From Octopus sinensis (Eukaryota), in assembly GCF_006345805.1 (NCBI RefSeq), contig NC_043015.1:5208001-5272000 (forward strand): DNA of 64,000 bases, written 5' to 3'. Both the position numbers and the translations under genes were made by a program. The notes beneath the pieces are model-generated. The model was not told the DNA's origin, did not search any database, and was given only the letters and a program-made list of their open reading frames with translations. This document shows positions 25,298-37,200 of the stretch, piece after piece. The first letter of the stretch is position 1. Each line of letters starts with the position of its first letter.

Positions 25298-25807
25298 GCA
25301 TGAATGGAAACGTATTAGTGAGTTCTGTGAGCGCTTATCCAACATATCACTTTCCTCTCGACCTCTAGGAATTAAATGATATCGTATCGAAGATATAACA
25401 ACTTGCTGACGCTAAAGAATTTTATATGCATGATTTTAACTCCCTTCCCGCAATTGAAAATTGCTGACGTAGCACATGATACATTTAGATTTCATAAACT
25501 GGAGTCTGATACGAATTATCACATTAGAAATTCTATGTTGAGCTCATACTGTTTATTGGTGAATATTTTTCATGCATGTTTATGATTGGTAGACGCATAT
25601 TTAAATAAATCTAAGTTACTTTAACGTATCGCATTGTCATGTCTTTATCAATCTTATAAACGCTACGTATTGCAAGACTGATATTAAAGGATATTTACAT
25701 AGACACATACAGGGGCACGCGTGCATGCGTACTAAAATTATAGAATCAGATATAGAGAAAGACACAGATGTGCATACGTAGTGAGGTATAGATAGACGTA
25801 CATACAT
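24724..25807. repeat. Large inverted repeat centred on (TA)n, identity decaying outward
   Basis: Arms 24724-25217 and 25331-25807. Inner match ggtcgagaggaaagcgatatgttggataagcgc / gcgcttatccaacatatcactttcctctcgacc. Confidence 0.9.
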
Positions 25808-25925
25808 ATATATATAGAGAGGGAGAGAGTGAGAGAGAGATGGATACATAGATAAATAGATAGAATAGCAGACAGATAGTAAACCCGCATGTATACTGAT
25901 ATTAATATATATTTATTTATAAAAA

Positions 25926-26100
25926 GGAGGCGAGCTAGCAGATTTGTTAGCAGGCCGGGATAAATGCTTAGAGCTATTTCGTCTGCCGCTACGTTCTGAG
26001 CTCAAATTCTGCCGAGGTCGACTTCGCCTTTCATCCTTTCGGGGTCGACGAAATAAGTACCTGTTATGCACTGGGGTCGATGTAATCGACTAGCCCCTTG
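25926..26100 (+). mobile_element. SINE (family B)
   Basis: Contains the family core gccgaggtcgactt.gcctttcatcctttcggggtcga..aa.taagtacc. Confidence 0.8.
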
Positions 26101-26716
26101 TCCCTTAATTTTGAAGACATTCTGCCAAGATTAAAAACAATGTATATTTATACATACACGCACACATTGAACAATTGCATTCATACATTCACTGATCATG
26201 GACCCAGTCTGAGAAAAGCTATGATCAAATGAATTTGATCTGCGTCTACTTTAAAAACTATACTGTGTATGCAATAATTCATTTTAAATCCTTTTAAATT
26301 GATCCTCTTCACCACTCTAAAGTTTACATGAAGCTTATACCCTGTGTATATTTCTAATTTCATTTCCTTATGTAATATATATATAAACTACAGTATCAAC
26401 ATACAATATTTCGCGTTTTAATCTAGAGATTTTCATTGTTATTTGAAGCACGCCAAGTTGCTATATAGAGGGCCTTGATGACTCTGATTTGTTTCATGTC
26501 ATGTGTAAATGAATTTGAACGGTGATATGAAATGAATAATAATATATTATTAGTCAAGTACTACAAACATAATTTCGGATTATATTTTCCCGGGCGTGCA
26601 TATTTCATCGCGATTGGAATCGTCTACGTCTGAAGTATGTAATGTGAATATTAGCTTTCATCCCTAACATGAACAGAAACATAACCATATACGTTTCAAA
26701 AAGCGCATATACGCAT

Positions 26717-26786
26717 GCATACATGCTTAATTATATATGTATATCAGTGTATACATATTTACAAATATATAAATATATACTTACAA

Positions 26787-26851
<65 letters not shown>

Positions 26852-27126
26852 GTGAGAATTTACAAAGCATAAAAATAAGAAACAGACGAAGACGGGTGTG
26901 TAAACAACAAACAGATGTATTAGTTTAACGCTAGAGAAGTAAGAAAGACTTCTACGTTTCGAGCCTAGGCTTTTCGACAAAAAGATTACAAACATAAACA
27001 GGAAGAGAAAGGTTTAGTGGCTACTGATCTATCATGGCACACACATACGGTCGTTTGTACCCAGAAACTCAATCATACATGCACACACACACACATAAAT
27101 GTATATATGCTTATATATATATATAT

Positions 27127-27161
<35 letters not shown>

Positions 27162-27432
27162 ATATATATAAGCATATATACATTTATGTGTGTGTGTGTG
27201 TGCATGTATGATTGAGTTTCTGGGTACAAACGACCGTATGTGTGTGCCATGATAGATCACTAGCCACTAAACCTTTCTCTTCCTGTTTATGTTTGTAATC
27301 TTTTTGTCGAAAAGCCTAGGCTCGAAACGTAGAAGTCTTTCTTACTTCTCTAGCGTTAAACTAATACATCTGTTTGTTGTTTACACACCCGTCTTCGTCT
27401 GTTTCTTATTTTTATGCTTTGTAAATTCTCAC

Positions 27433-27521
<89 letters not shown>

Positions 27522-27586
27522 AAATATATATTATATATTTGTAAATATGTATACACTGATATACATATATAATTAAGCATGTATGC
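26717..27586. repeat. Near-perfect palindrome centred on (TA)n
   Basis: The non-microsatellite parts of the arms are reverse complements with about one mismatch (gatcagtagcc vs gatcactagcc). Centre at ~27140. Confidence 0.9.
27300..27335 (+). ncRNA. Hammerhead-like motif with non-canonical core (mirror copy on minus at 26949-26984)
   Basis: CUUU UUGUCGA A AAGCC-UA-GGCUC GAAAC GUA^GAAG. Stem I CUUU/GAAG and GAAAC-GUA are present, but the core is UUGUCGA rather than CUGANGA. Confidence 0.4.
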
Positions 27587-27792
27587 GTGTGTGTCTAAAC
27601 AACTACGTATGTGTTTTTGTGTCTGTTTGACCCTTGTCACCCATCACCGCGTGACAGCTAGTGCAGTTATGTTTAAGTCCCCGTTAACCAGCGGTTTGGT
27701 AAAACAGCCTGATGGAAGAATAAAATGAATAAATTAATAGTCATACATACATACACATAGATAGAAAGATAGATATATAGATAGACACACGT

Positions 27793-27838
<46 letters not shown>

Positions 27839-28047
27839 ACGTGTGTCTATCTATCTATCTATCTTTCTATCTATATGTATGTATGTATGACTATTAATTT
27901 ATTCATTTTATTCTTCAATCAGGCTGTTTTACCAAACCGCTGGTTAACGGGGACTTAAACATAACTGCACTAGCTGTCACGCGGTGATGGGTGACAAGGG
28001 TCAAACAGACACAAAAACACATACGTAGTTGTTTAGACACACACGCA
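27584..28047. repeat. Second near-perfect palindrome centred on (TA)n, abutting the previous one
   Basis: tgcgtgtgtgtctaaacaactacg... at 27584 and ...cgtagttgtttagacacacacgca ending at 28047. Centre (TA)n at ~27797-27831. Confidence 0.9.
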
Positions 28048-28087
28048 GGTACCCCCCCCACACACATATATATATATATTATATATA

Positions 28088-28122
<35 letters not shown>

Positions 28123-28139
28123 CTATATATACAAACATA

Positions 28140-28295
28140 CAACGGGCTTCTTTTAGTTTCCGTCAATCAAATCTACTCGTAAGGCTTTGGTTAGCCCGAA
28201 GCTATATTAGTAGATACACATCAAAGGTGCAACGCAGTGGGACTGAACCTCTAACAATGTTGTTTGGAAGTAAACTTCTTACCACAAAGCCATAT
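28140..28295 (-). mobile_element. tRNA-headed SINE fragment (family C head)
   Basis: aacgggcttcttttagtttccgtc...aaggctttggttagccc...acgcagtgggactgaacc. Confidence 0.7.
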
Positions 28296-29007
28296 CTTTG
28301 ACTATGCATGTGTATATTTGCATATGTAAGTATATATTAGCGCATATGCCTGGATATCCTCTTCATCTGACAACGTACTACTGCTGATATCGGTCATTTT
28401 AGTAAACTCACTAGTCGTGAGTATCTTTTTGACTCGAATCATATCCATCTGCACATTGCGCAATTTAGTACGAAGCTTATAGTCATGGAAAATTGGTAAT
28501 ATTTATCTAATGAATTATAATCTACATTGTTTTACATAAAAGCAATTCCATTGAAAACATACATAAATGTTGTTTAGTTCCGTATCAATATATTTTTATA
28601 TCTTGTTTGCAAATATTTTGAGCTTAAGTAACATTTGATCAAAGGTCACACAAATCAATCGTTAACACACACTGTGAGATCATATTTCAGATTTATTTCT
28701 ACTTTACGTCAGTTACCAGCCTTTCAAATCAAATCGATTCACTTTTGTTTAGGTTTTTTCGTATCGTTTTAAGATTGCTGGCGGCTAAATGAAACACAGT
28801 GTGTATATTTAATTGAAAGATACAATCAAGCGTAAATGTTAATGCACAGAAATTAATGGGTATATTCTAAGCGAAGAAAATCGGCAAATTAATCATAAAA
28901 ACTAATCTAAAGTCAGTTTTCTTCTATAGAATTTACACTACACCCACCCCAAAATATACAAAGTCATACAGTCACATAGACATAAGCAAAACTATATGTC
29001 TCCGTAT

Positions 29008-29090
<83 letters not shown>

Positions 29091-30012
29091 CAAATTATTA
29101 CATTATATAAAAGGGCTTAGTAAAATAAATTACTTTGCCGCATACTGAACTCATTAGAAATAGTAGCTAAAAAAACTTTTTTAAAACTATTTCTAATACT
29201 TAAGAAAAACTCTCTCATATAGTGTTTGCTCAATTCAACCCACGAAAGTATGGGGGTAAAGACATTAAAAAATCAAATGCAAAGGTTATTTGAGAACGTA
29301 CGTTTCAAGATTAGTCAACTCGACATTTCTATCATCACTCAGAACTCCTTGGTTGGGATTTGAAAACACTGAAAGTGGGAGCATACCCTTTCGGCTTCTT
29401 ATCGCTTCTGAAGATCTGCTCGAAACTAACAGTGCCAGCAAACTCAAATATGCAACGCTTGCATATTTGAGTTGCTGGCACTGTTAGTTTCGAGCAGATC
29501 TTCAGAAGCGATAAGAAGCCGAAAGGGTAATGCTCCCACTTCAGTGTTTTCAAATCCAATTGCATATTTGATTTGCTGGCACTGTTAGTTTCGAGCAGAT
29601 CTTCAGAAGCGATAAGAAGCCGAAAGGGTATGCTCCCACTTTCAGTGTTTTCAAATCCAAACAGGAGTTCTGAGCTGATGATAGAAATGTCGAGTTGACT
29701 AATCTTGAAACGTACGTTCTCAAATAACCTTTGCATTTGATTTTTTAATGTCTTTACCCCCATACTTTCGTGGGTTGAATTGAGCAAACACTATATGAGA
29801 GAGGTTTTCTTTAAGTATTAAAAATAGTTTTTAAAAAGGTTTTTTTTAGCTACTATTTCTAATGAGTTCAGTATGCGGCAAAGTAATTTATTTTACTAAG
29901 CCCTTTTATATAATGTAATAATTTGAATTCGCCTTAAATGGTCCCTTTGCATACTGAATACTTGGTGAAATTGATTAATAATAATTAATTTTACCCTCAA
30001 TTGTGTGAAATT
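29091..30012. mobile_element. Foldback (head-to-head) copy of the 562-bp hammerhead family between (TA)n tracts
   Basis: Array-orientation arm 29091-29455, inversion point at aaatatgcaa|cgcttgcatattt, a 104-bp restart segment 29456-29559, then the inverted arm 29560-30012 ending at the same terminus as the array. Confidence 0.9.
29671..29722 (+). ncRNA. Minimal type I hammerhead ribozyme (562-bp family)
   Basis: UGAG CUGAUGA UAGA..UCUU GAAAC GUAC GUU^CUCA. The mirror copy at ~29291-29341 has indels in the core. Confidence 0.82.
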
Positions 30013-30060
30013 ATATATATTACATATATATATACAAATAATTATAATATATATATATAT

Positions 30061-30102
<42 letters not shown>

Positions 30103-30110
30103 ATATATCA

Positions 30111-30353
30111 TGTGAAATAGAAAGATGAATAATCTTGTAGTAGATTAATCAAAAGTTTAACCGATACCTTAGTAGCAAAAATCACAGCAGTAAACAACGG
30201 ATTCTTTTTTCTTCCTGAAGAGAAAGACAAATATGGTCCCATTATTCAATCGGATTTTGGTAATTGTGCCTTTCGAAACACGTGTAGAATGAAATAAAAA
30301 CGATTTCTGTTCAATCTGCGTTCAGCTCCATTTCTTCAATTCACCAATAATGT
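30111..30353. mobile_element. Family H2 element with internal inversion (twin-priming-like), copy 1
   Basis: 15161-15245 in the same orientation joined to the reverse complement of 15311-15472. TA tracts on both sides. Confidence 0.85.
30207..30294 (+). ncRNA. Type I hammerhead ribozyme (family H2)
   Basis: CUGAAGA at 30215-30221, GAAA at 30275-30278, ACACGUGU palindrome, GUA^ after 30286. Confidence 0.85.
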
Positions 30354-30384
<31 letters not shown>

Positions 30385-30437
30385 ATATATTATATATATA
30401 TATATATATAATATATTTTATATATATAAATATATCA

Positions 30438-30687
30438 TGTGAAATAGAAAGATGAATAATCTTGTAGTAGATTAATCAAAAGTTTAAAACCGATACCTTA
30501 GTAGCAAAAATCACAGCAGTAAACAACGGATTTCCCTTTTTTTCTTCCTGAAGAGAAAGACACAATATGGTCCCATTATTCAATCGGATTTTGGTAATTT
30601 GTGCCTTTCGAAACACGTGTAGAATGAAATAAAACGATTTCTGTTCAATCTGGTTCCAGCTCCATTTCTTCAATTCACCAATAATGT
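30438..30687. mobile_element. Family H2 element with internal inversion, tandem copy 2
   Basis: Same junction gtaaaca|acggatt and same atatatca prefix as copy 1. Confidence 0.85.
30540..30629 (+). ncRNA. Type I hammerhead ribozyme (family H2)
   Basis: CUGAAGA at 30548-30554, GAAA at 30610-30613, GUA^ after 30621. Confidence 0.88.
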
Positions 30688-32624
30688 TATATATAATATA
30701 TATATTATATATTATTTATATATATACATATTATATATACCACACATACATGTTTACATATTTATTATATATAATATATATACATGGTATATACAATCAC
30801 ACATAACTAGATAACTTATGTACCTATTTATTATGTCTATAAAACTAGCTATGTATTTGCGTATATATATAATCACACACAATTTTTTTACTTGATTTAG
30901 TTACATGAGTACAGATCTAACGGCACAATAACATGTAGTATTAGGACTGACCATTTCAGAACCAGTAAATATTTTTGTAAGCCATTATTGTGTGAGGACT
31001 TTTAAATTTCCCGCTGTCACTATCTAGATTCCACTGCACATTTTTCTGATTCTCCGGGAGCAAATTGTGAAGACATAACTTATCACCGGTCGTGTAAGTA
31101 AAGAAACCTATGCTCAGAGAACAATTTATCGGGTATTGTTAATACAAAGATATATATAGTGGGGTTCTCTATTGTTTCTCTATAGGAATTTCAGTTCCCA
31201 GTCATAATTCTGACCGAGGTTATATCGGGAAACATTTACCCAAAATGCGCCGAGTAGATCAGTACCCGAGAATATAAGATTGCCAAGAGAAATTCTTTTA
31301 ACACTGTTCGTTTTCTCCGTAGTATATACGCCCGTATGTAGAGATGTGTGTTTGTCCTGGTGTGTGCTTGCGCGTATGTCTGTGTGTATTTATATATCTG
31401 GTAGCGTAAGAGAGATGGAAATTAAGTTTGCACTTGAAATTCATAGGGGAATATTCAACGTCAGCATTCTTCAATTTTATTCTTTAACTGTTGAGACAGG
31501 TTGAAGGTAATTTGTTGTGGCTTAATCAATAGTGCGATCGAGTTGTGGTGTTGAGTCGAGACTACAGAATTAAATGAAAATTTGCTCTAAAGTGTGAAAC
31601 GCATAAAACACCTAACGAAATTTAGATAGATATTTAACAGTGTGCTATATGGATGGGTAAAACTGCAATTTTACAACTACCAGAAGGAGTAGCATGGTAT
31701 AATGCTCGCAAGAAAATGAGTATGTGCTTTAGTCTTAAACTCTTGAGCAAAATGAAAGAGAGAAGTAGGCACGCTCGTAGACAGAGAGTCATGTAGAATG
31801 TCGTAAGTCAGAAACGCCAAAGCAGAGCCGACTGGAATGGAAGAATGTGAAGATGTAAAGCAAATGTGAATATATTTGAATCGAATAGAGAACGTGTGTG
31901 CAGTTAGAGGAAACTAGAGCAATAGAGGGAGAAAGTGAGAGAGAGAAAGAAAGAGGGAGAGGGAGAAAGAGAGAGAGAAGTGTTTCCTCAGAAACTGCGA
32001 TAGTTGTAACATTTTTGTGTGTATGCAGTACTTATCAGTGAGGAAAAACATCAAATATTGAAGGGCAGCATGTAAGTCACATGAGAACAGATTCAAAGTT
32101 ACCATAGTCTTTCAACAGAAGATGTGCGTGTACATCCGAATTCGTATTCGTGGAGACGTAAGAAGCTTTAAACGCCCTTGCGGAATAACATACAGATTCC
32201 TGGTGGTAGTGCCATAAATGCGGTAATCTGTTCATGATATGTTGATGAAAAATCTACGGATCAAAAGAATCACTTAAGTAGTTATCTTGAAATCAGAGAT
32301 GGTACTCTGGACATCATATCGCAGATTACAAATCCACTCACATCAGCATGAATTTATTCCTTTGAACACTTCAAACAAACTACAAGTCATAGTAACCGAA
32401 AGGGATACAATCAAATTCTTGACAAACATATTCGCCACTCATTTATTAAGAAATCCATCGTCACATAGCAACTAATCTGTCGGAGCGATGCTTTGACAAC
32501 ATATATTAAAAATAAACACCTTAGCGCAGCTATTGGTGTGTCAACAAGGTCGGTTTGCAAACGCAAAATTTCGGTCTCTGTAAAAGGTAAAGATTACTTT
32601 CTCAAGTCCTGCCTACTCATAAGG

Positions 32625-32828
32625 TTACGTTTCCCTGTTTCCATGACGTGTAAATTCCCATCATAGAGGATACGCCGGTCCGTTGCAGGATTACACATTT
32701 TAATCAGCTGAGTAAACGGGAGCAGCCTGAAATCAAGTATTTTGATCAAGAACACAACGCCTCGCCCAGTCCAGGAATCGAAACCACAAGCTTAGTCATG
32801 AGTCCAACTCCTTAACCACTATGCCATG
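32625..32828 (-). mobile_element. tRNA-derived SINE
   Basis: Reverse complement begins catggcatagtggttaaggagttggactc...gtggtttcgattcctggactgggcgagg. Confidence 0.7.
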
Positions 32829-32977
32829 TATCTCCAATTTCCGTCTCTGTCAGGTCACCCCATAAACTCTGTCCGATTTTACCTTTTTAAAAATTGAAAG
32901 AAATAGGATTTTAGAATGTCTAATGGAATTAAAAATTATTTTTAAGCATTTGTGTACATTTAAACTAATTACATATT

Positions 32978-33178
32978 TTACATTAATTATATTATTTACA
33001 TTCGAAGGATATTTGTCCTCATCTTGTTTGTTCTTAACACGACGTTTCGGCTGATATACCATCCTGTCTTCGTCAGGAGTCTTGGAGAAATTTCGAAACA
33101 AGCTGAGGACAAATATCCGTCGTAAGTAAATAATGTAAATAATGTACATAATTCCTTATCTCTTAAATATAGAACTGA
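32978..33178. mobile_element. Hammerhead-bearing head-to-head insert in the mariner 5' UTR with an 11-bp TSD
   Basis: TSD aattacatatt at 32967-32977 and 33179-33189. The minus arm (to ~33098) and plus arm (from ~33096) share (a)acaag.tgaggacaaatatcc. Confidence 0.8.
33036..33081 (-). ncRNA. Minimal type I hammerhead (partly decayed stems)
   Basis: GACUC CUGACGA A GACAG-GAUGGUAUAU-CAGCC GAAAC GUC^GUGUU. Core and GUC triplet intact; one mismatch in stem I and two in stem II. Confidence 0.7.
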
Positions 33179-33240
33179 AATTACATATTATTTTACAGAA
33201 CAATAGAATTAAAATTTCGTTGATTAAAACACTTTCCAAC

Positions 33241-34210
33241 ATGGAAGTATCCAAAATCTATTTCAGACACATAATGCTTTAAGAGTACCAAAAAAGGAAA
33301 CTCTGCTGCAGAAGCAACTCGAATCATACATCCAGTTAATGGGAAAGAATGCTTGAATGAAAGAACTTGCAGAAGATGGTTTGCAAAATTAAGAAATGGA
33401 GATTTCAGCATTGAAGTTGAAGATCGAACAGGATGCCGTGTTGAGTTTGAGGATAAGCTCCTTGAGGCATTGCTTGAAGAAAATCCTGCATTATCAGTTG
33501 AAGAATTGGCAAGAAAGCTTAGTTCAAACCATACAACTGTTCATCGTCATCTTCAACAACTTGGAAACGTCCCTAAACTTCGAAGTTGGGTGCCTCATGA
33601 ATTGTTCGAAAGTAACCGCAAATCCCGAGTTGACATCTGTTCTTCTCTCCATTTTCGAGAACTCATTTAAACCATTTTTTAAAACTTGTGACTGGTGACG
33701 AAAAATGGATCTTCTATTGAAATGTTAAAGGTAATAAAGAGTTGCTTGGTAAAAGGGAAAAAGCAACCGAGAAGGGAACTTCAGAGGAAAAAGCTTCTTC
33801 TCCCAATCTGATGGGATTGCAAATGTTGTGATTCATTTAGAATTATTACCACCTAAAGCAGTAATCAATGTTCAAGTTTACTGTCAGAAATTAGGGAGTT
33901 TGAACCAAGCTTTGAAGAAAAGAACCCCGCTTTAGTGAGTCGAAAAGGCGTGATGTTTCATCAGGACAATACGCGACCCCACACAAAGATCACATCACAG
34001 AAGGTTGAAAAAATTCGTCATCCACTTTATTCTCCCGACCTTGCTTCTTCAGACTACCATTTGTTTCGTAGTTTACAGGAGGAGGTGGAAACTGACTTTT
34101 CAAAGTTCTTCACTTTGAAACCAAAGGAGTTTTACATTGATGGGATTAAAATGCTTGTAAATATATGGAAGGAAGTCATAGATAATCAGGGCAAATATAT
34201 AGATGATTAA
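33241..34210 (+). pseudogene. Mariner transposase pseudogene
   Basis: Fragments TCRRWFAKLRNGDFS, TVHRHL, WVPHEL, VTGDEKW, FHQDNTRPH and YSPDLASSDYHLF, with frameshifts, stops and deletions. Confidence 0.92.
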
Positions 34211-37200
34211 ATTTCCTTTAAATATATCATTTGATCACTTGTTTTCTTTATCCAAAATTCTGACAGAACTTATGGGTTGACCTGATACATCGTACATTGT
34301 GCAAGTATCTCCTGCTATAGCCCCTTACCACCTGGCCTCTTAATGCCTTGTGAGTGAATTAAGTTGATGATATGTTTGAGAAAAAGGCTTCTCTATGGAT
34401 CTATGTGTGCAAGTATGTGTGTGAGTATGTGTGAAAATGTGTGCGTGAGTGTGCGTGTGTGTCAACACAATGCGTCACATCTGGTTTTTGTTTCTTTATG
34501 TTCCCATAACTTATACGATTCTGCAGGCAACAGTGGGAGACGTACGGACTTAAAAATAAAAGTAATGCAGTTGGTTTTGTCGTCCAGTGTCTGAATGAAA
34601 TAAAACATGGCACTAGTTAAGATTTTGTGGAACATATCTAGTACGTGTCCATCAATTGTAGCAGCAATGCATTTATGCCCGGAACCTCTGTACACAACCA
34701 ATAGCATCGAACTATCTTATCGAATTTGAGTTTCGAAATAGATGCATGAATGAAGTGGCATATTCCTCGTATAGTACCAAAAAAAAAAAAAAAACATGGC
34801 ACAAATTTGCAATAACACAACATATTCCAGGATATGCAATTCTTCGCTACTTGACCCAGTAGGGAGCTGGTAATGATAGCAAAATGAAATTCAAATACAA
34901 TTTGAGTTTTATATCATGGCTATGATAAAATTTAGGCCAAAAATCTGTGACTAATATGGAAGCTTTATCTAGATGTTTTATATAGAAGCATGAATTTTGA
35001 AAAATTTTGTGTAGGTGCATTAGGATGTTCTACAATGACCAAGCAGCATGGACTGTCATGGAAAATATTCTCAGGATATTAACACAGATGGGAGCGAGAA
35101 AAATCTGTATGAATGCCCTTGAGACGAAATGTCGTACAGAAGAAAAATAGAACAATAACTGTGTTAGTTTACGATAAAGTCACCCCAGTAATCGCCGTTA
35201 TCATTCACCTCAAAGAGATAAAGCTAAGATTTGTATTCAGATGTTTAAAACATGCACTTCCTGAATAAACAAAAACGAGCGGTTTGCCAGTACACGCGAA
35301 AACACCATCTTCAATAAAATATGAACGAACAAAAACAAAAGAATTCAAATTCAGCTAAACACAGGTCAACGCATACGCGCAAAAAAACAAATGCCCATAT
35401 CGAAAAAAACTAAACAAACATATATGCATCAAGACAACAGAGCTTTATGATGACGCCATCAAAACTGTAGATAAAAATATATAATTTCTCTTCTACATGT
35501 ATATACACAGAAAGATGTATATCTTTCTAACTTTTATCATGTAACTATTACAATCCAGTGACTGGATTGTATTCATACTGGAGAACTGCTCGAAGGGTTT
35601 AGCTGAGCAAATCAATTTTTATACATCTGTATATCATGGTGAAGATAGAATTATATGGAAGCGAATGCTGCCTTTTGTGTTATATTAATAGAGAAGCAGG
35701 GCCCAACATTTTCGTAAATATTTTGGGAGGAAGTTGTAATATTTGTTCAATTTGAAAATCAATGAATTAGATGGCACTTAACACGCAACAAATTCATCAT
35801 CAATTGCACAATAGGGTACCATTGAAATCATTGAAAATGCCAGAGTAGTATGACCGACCATTCATGATAGCCTAATCAATAATTTATAAATTCATTAATT
35901 GATTATTTAACAATAAATCTGAAGTGAACTACAACAAGTACTTGTGATTATTAACAAAATTATATGCTCCCTACATGCTGCAGTATCTGTTTCATTGCAT
36001 GATGTCACATCAAAATCTTTCTGTATTTCAGAGAATGCCAGTGTGTGCGGACTTTTATACAGATGTGGGAGAGTACAGATTTTTGCAGATTTTATATTCA
36101 ATATGTATATAATCTCCGTATATATTTCCTAATCAGGCGGGTAATAAATTCAGTCTTATATCGCATATCTCGGATTCAAAACATTTAAACGTCCCTTTTT
36201 TACGCGTCAATTTTTTTATTCTGGCTGGCCCAAGAAGGATTGCAGGCCCTGAATGAAAATCAACACGTGATCTGAGCATTGACATGAGTAATGCATTTTT
36301 CAGATGTCAATTACTAAGCTGGTAATAAAATATTGGCGGCTGGGCGGAGGGTTCCTTAGAGCTATCAGAACAGTAGACAAGAAATCATAATGGTCTTCTG
36401 GAAGACGTATAATTAGTCGCATAAACTACTGTTCGCTACTAGGATCAGAAGCGATCCAGTGAAGCTACATAAAGAAGATAATCTCAAGGCAGATGGGAAA
36501 TATATGCGGTAAATATATATCCAAGAAGGATCTTTACTACTTGTGGAGTTATGTCGGTGACATGCATTCTAGGATTGATCCATCTATCAACGGAGTCCAT
36601 AATTACGACGGTCCTGCTGCCCTTCCTTAATCGAGCAGGTAATGAAGAATTTTCCTGCCTGCTGGAGGTGGAGAAAGACGTTGCCTAGTGCACGAGGACA
36701 TCGACATCCTCTTTGGTTGAGCTCTAATCGATTTTTCAACTTTTACTTGAAAAAGAAAGTGTGGGTGGATTGGAAGCTGCTGTTCTCATTTGGGTTTATT
36801 GAAAGTAAGGTAAAAATTACTAAAATGGCGACAGTAGATAGTATCCGACTAAATCTAGACCTACAACATAGAGAAATAGAATTTGGGAGAGTACTTAACT
36901 TTGGTGTTCAGGAATATATTTGGCAGTGAGGTGCTTCGATTACACTTGAAGTCCTCTTGAATGAAGAGCACAACAACATTATCATACTTTTTACCTCTTA
37001 CTTTTCTGTTAGTCTTATATTCTAGGAACAAGTGGGCGAAGAAGATACGATGAAACGAATCCTGATTATACTAACATGATGTTACATATGTGGATATATA
37101 AATCAGTTTTATTTGATCGAGGATAAACTGAAACGAAATAAGAACGACAATAACAAAAATAATAACTTTACAAGTGAGGATTCGTTCATATTTTCGGATG

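Larger units (their letters stand above)
32850..34285 (+). mobile_element. Mariner (Tc1/mariner) DNA transposon, decayed
   Basis: ~31-bp imperfect TIRs (tcaggtcaccccataaactctgtccgatttt / aaaattctgacagaacttatgggttgacctga), TA on the right flank, transposase motifs inside. Confidence 0.92.
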
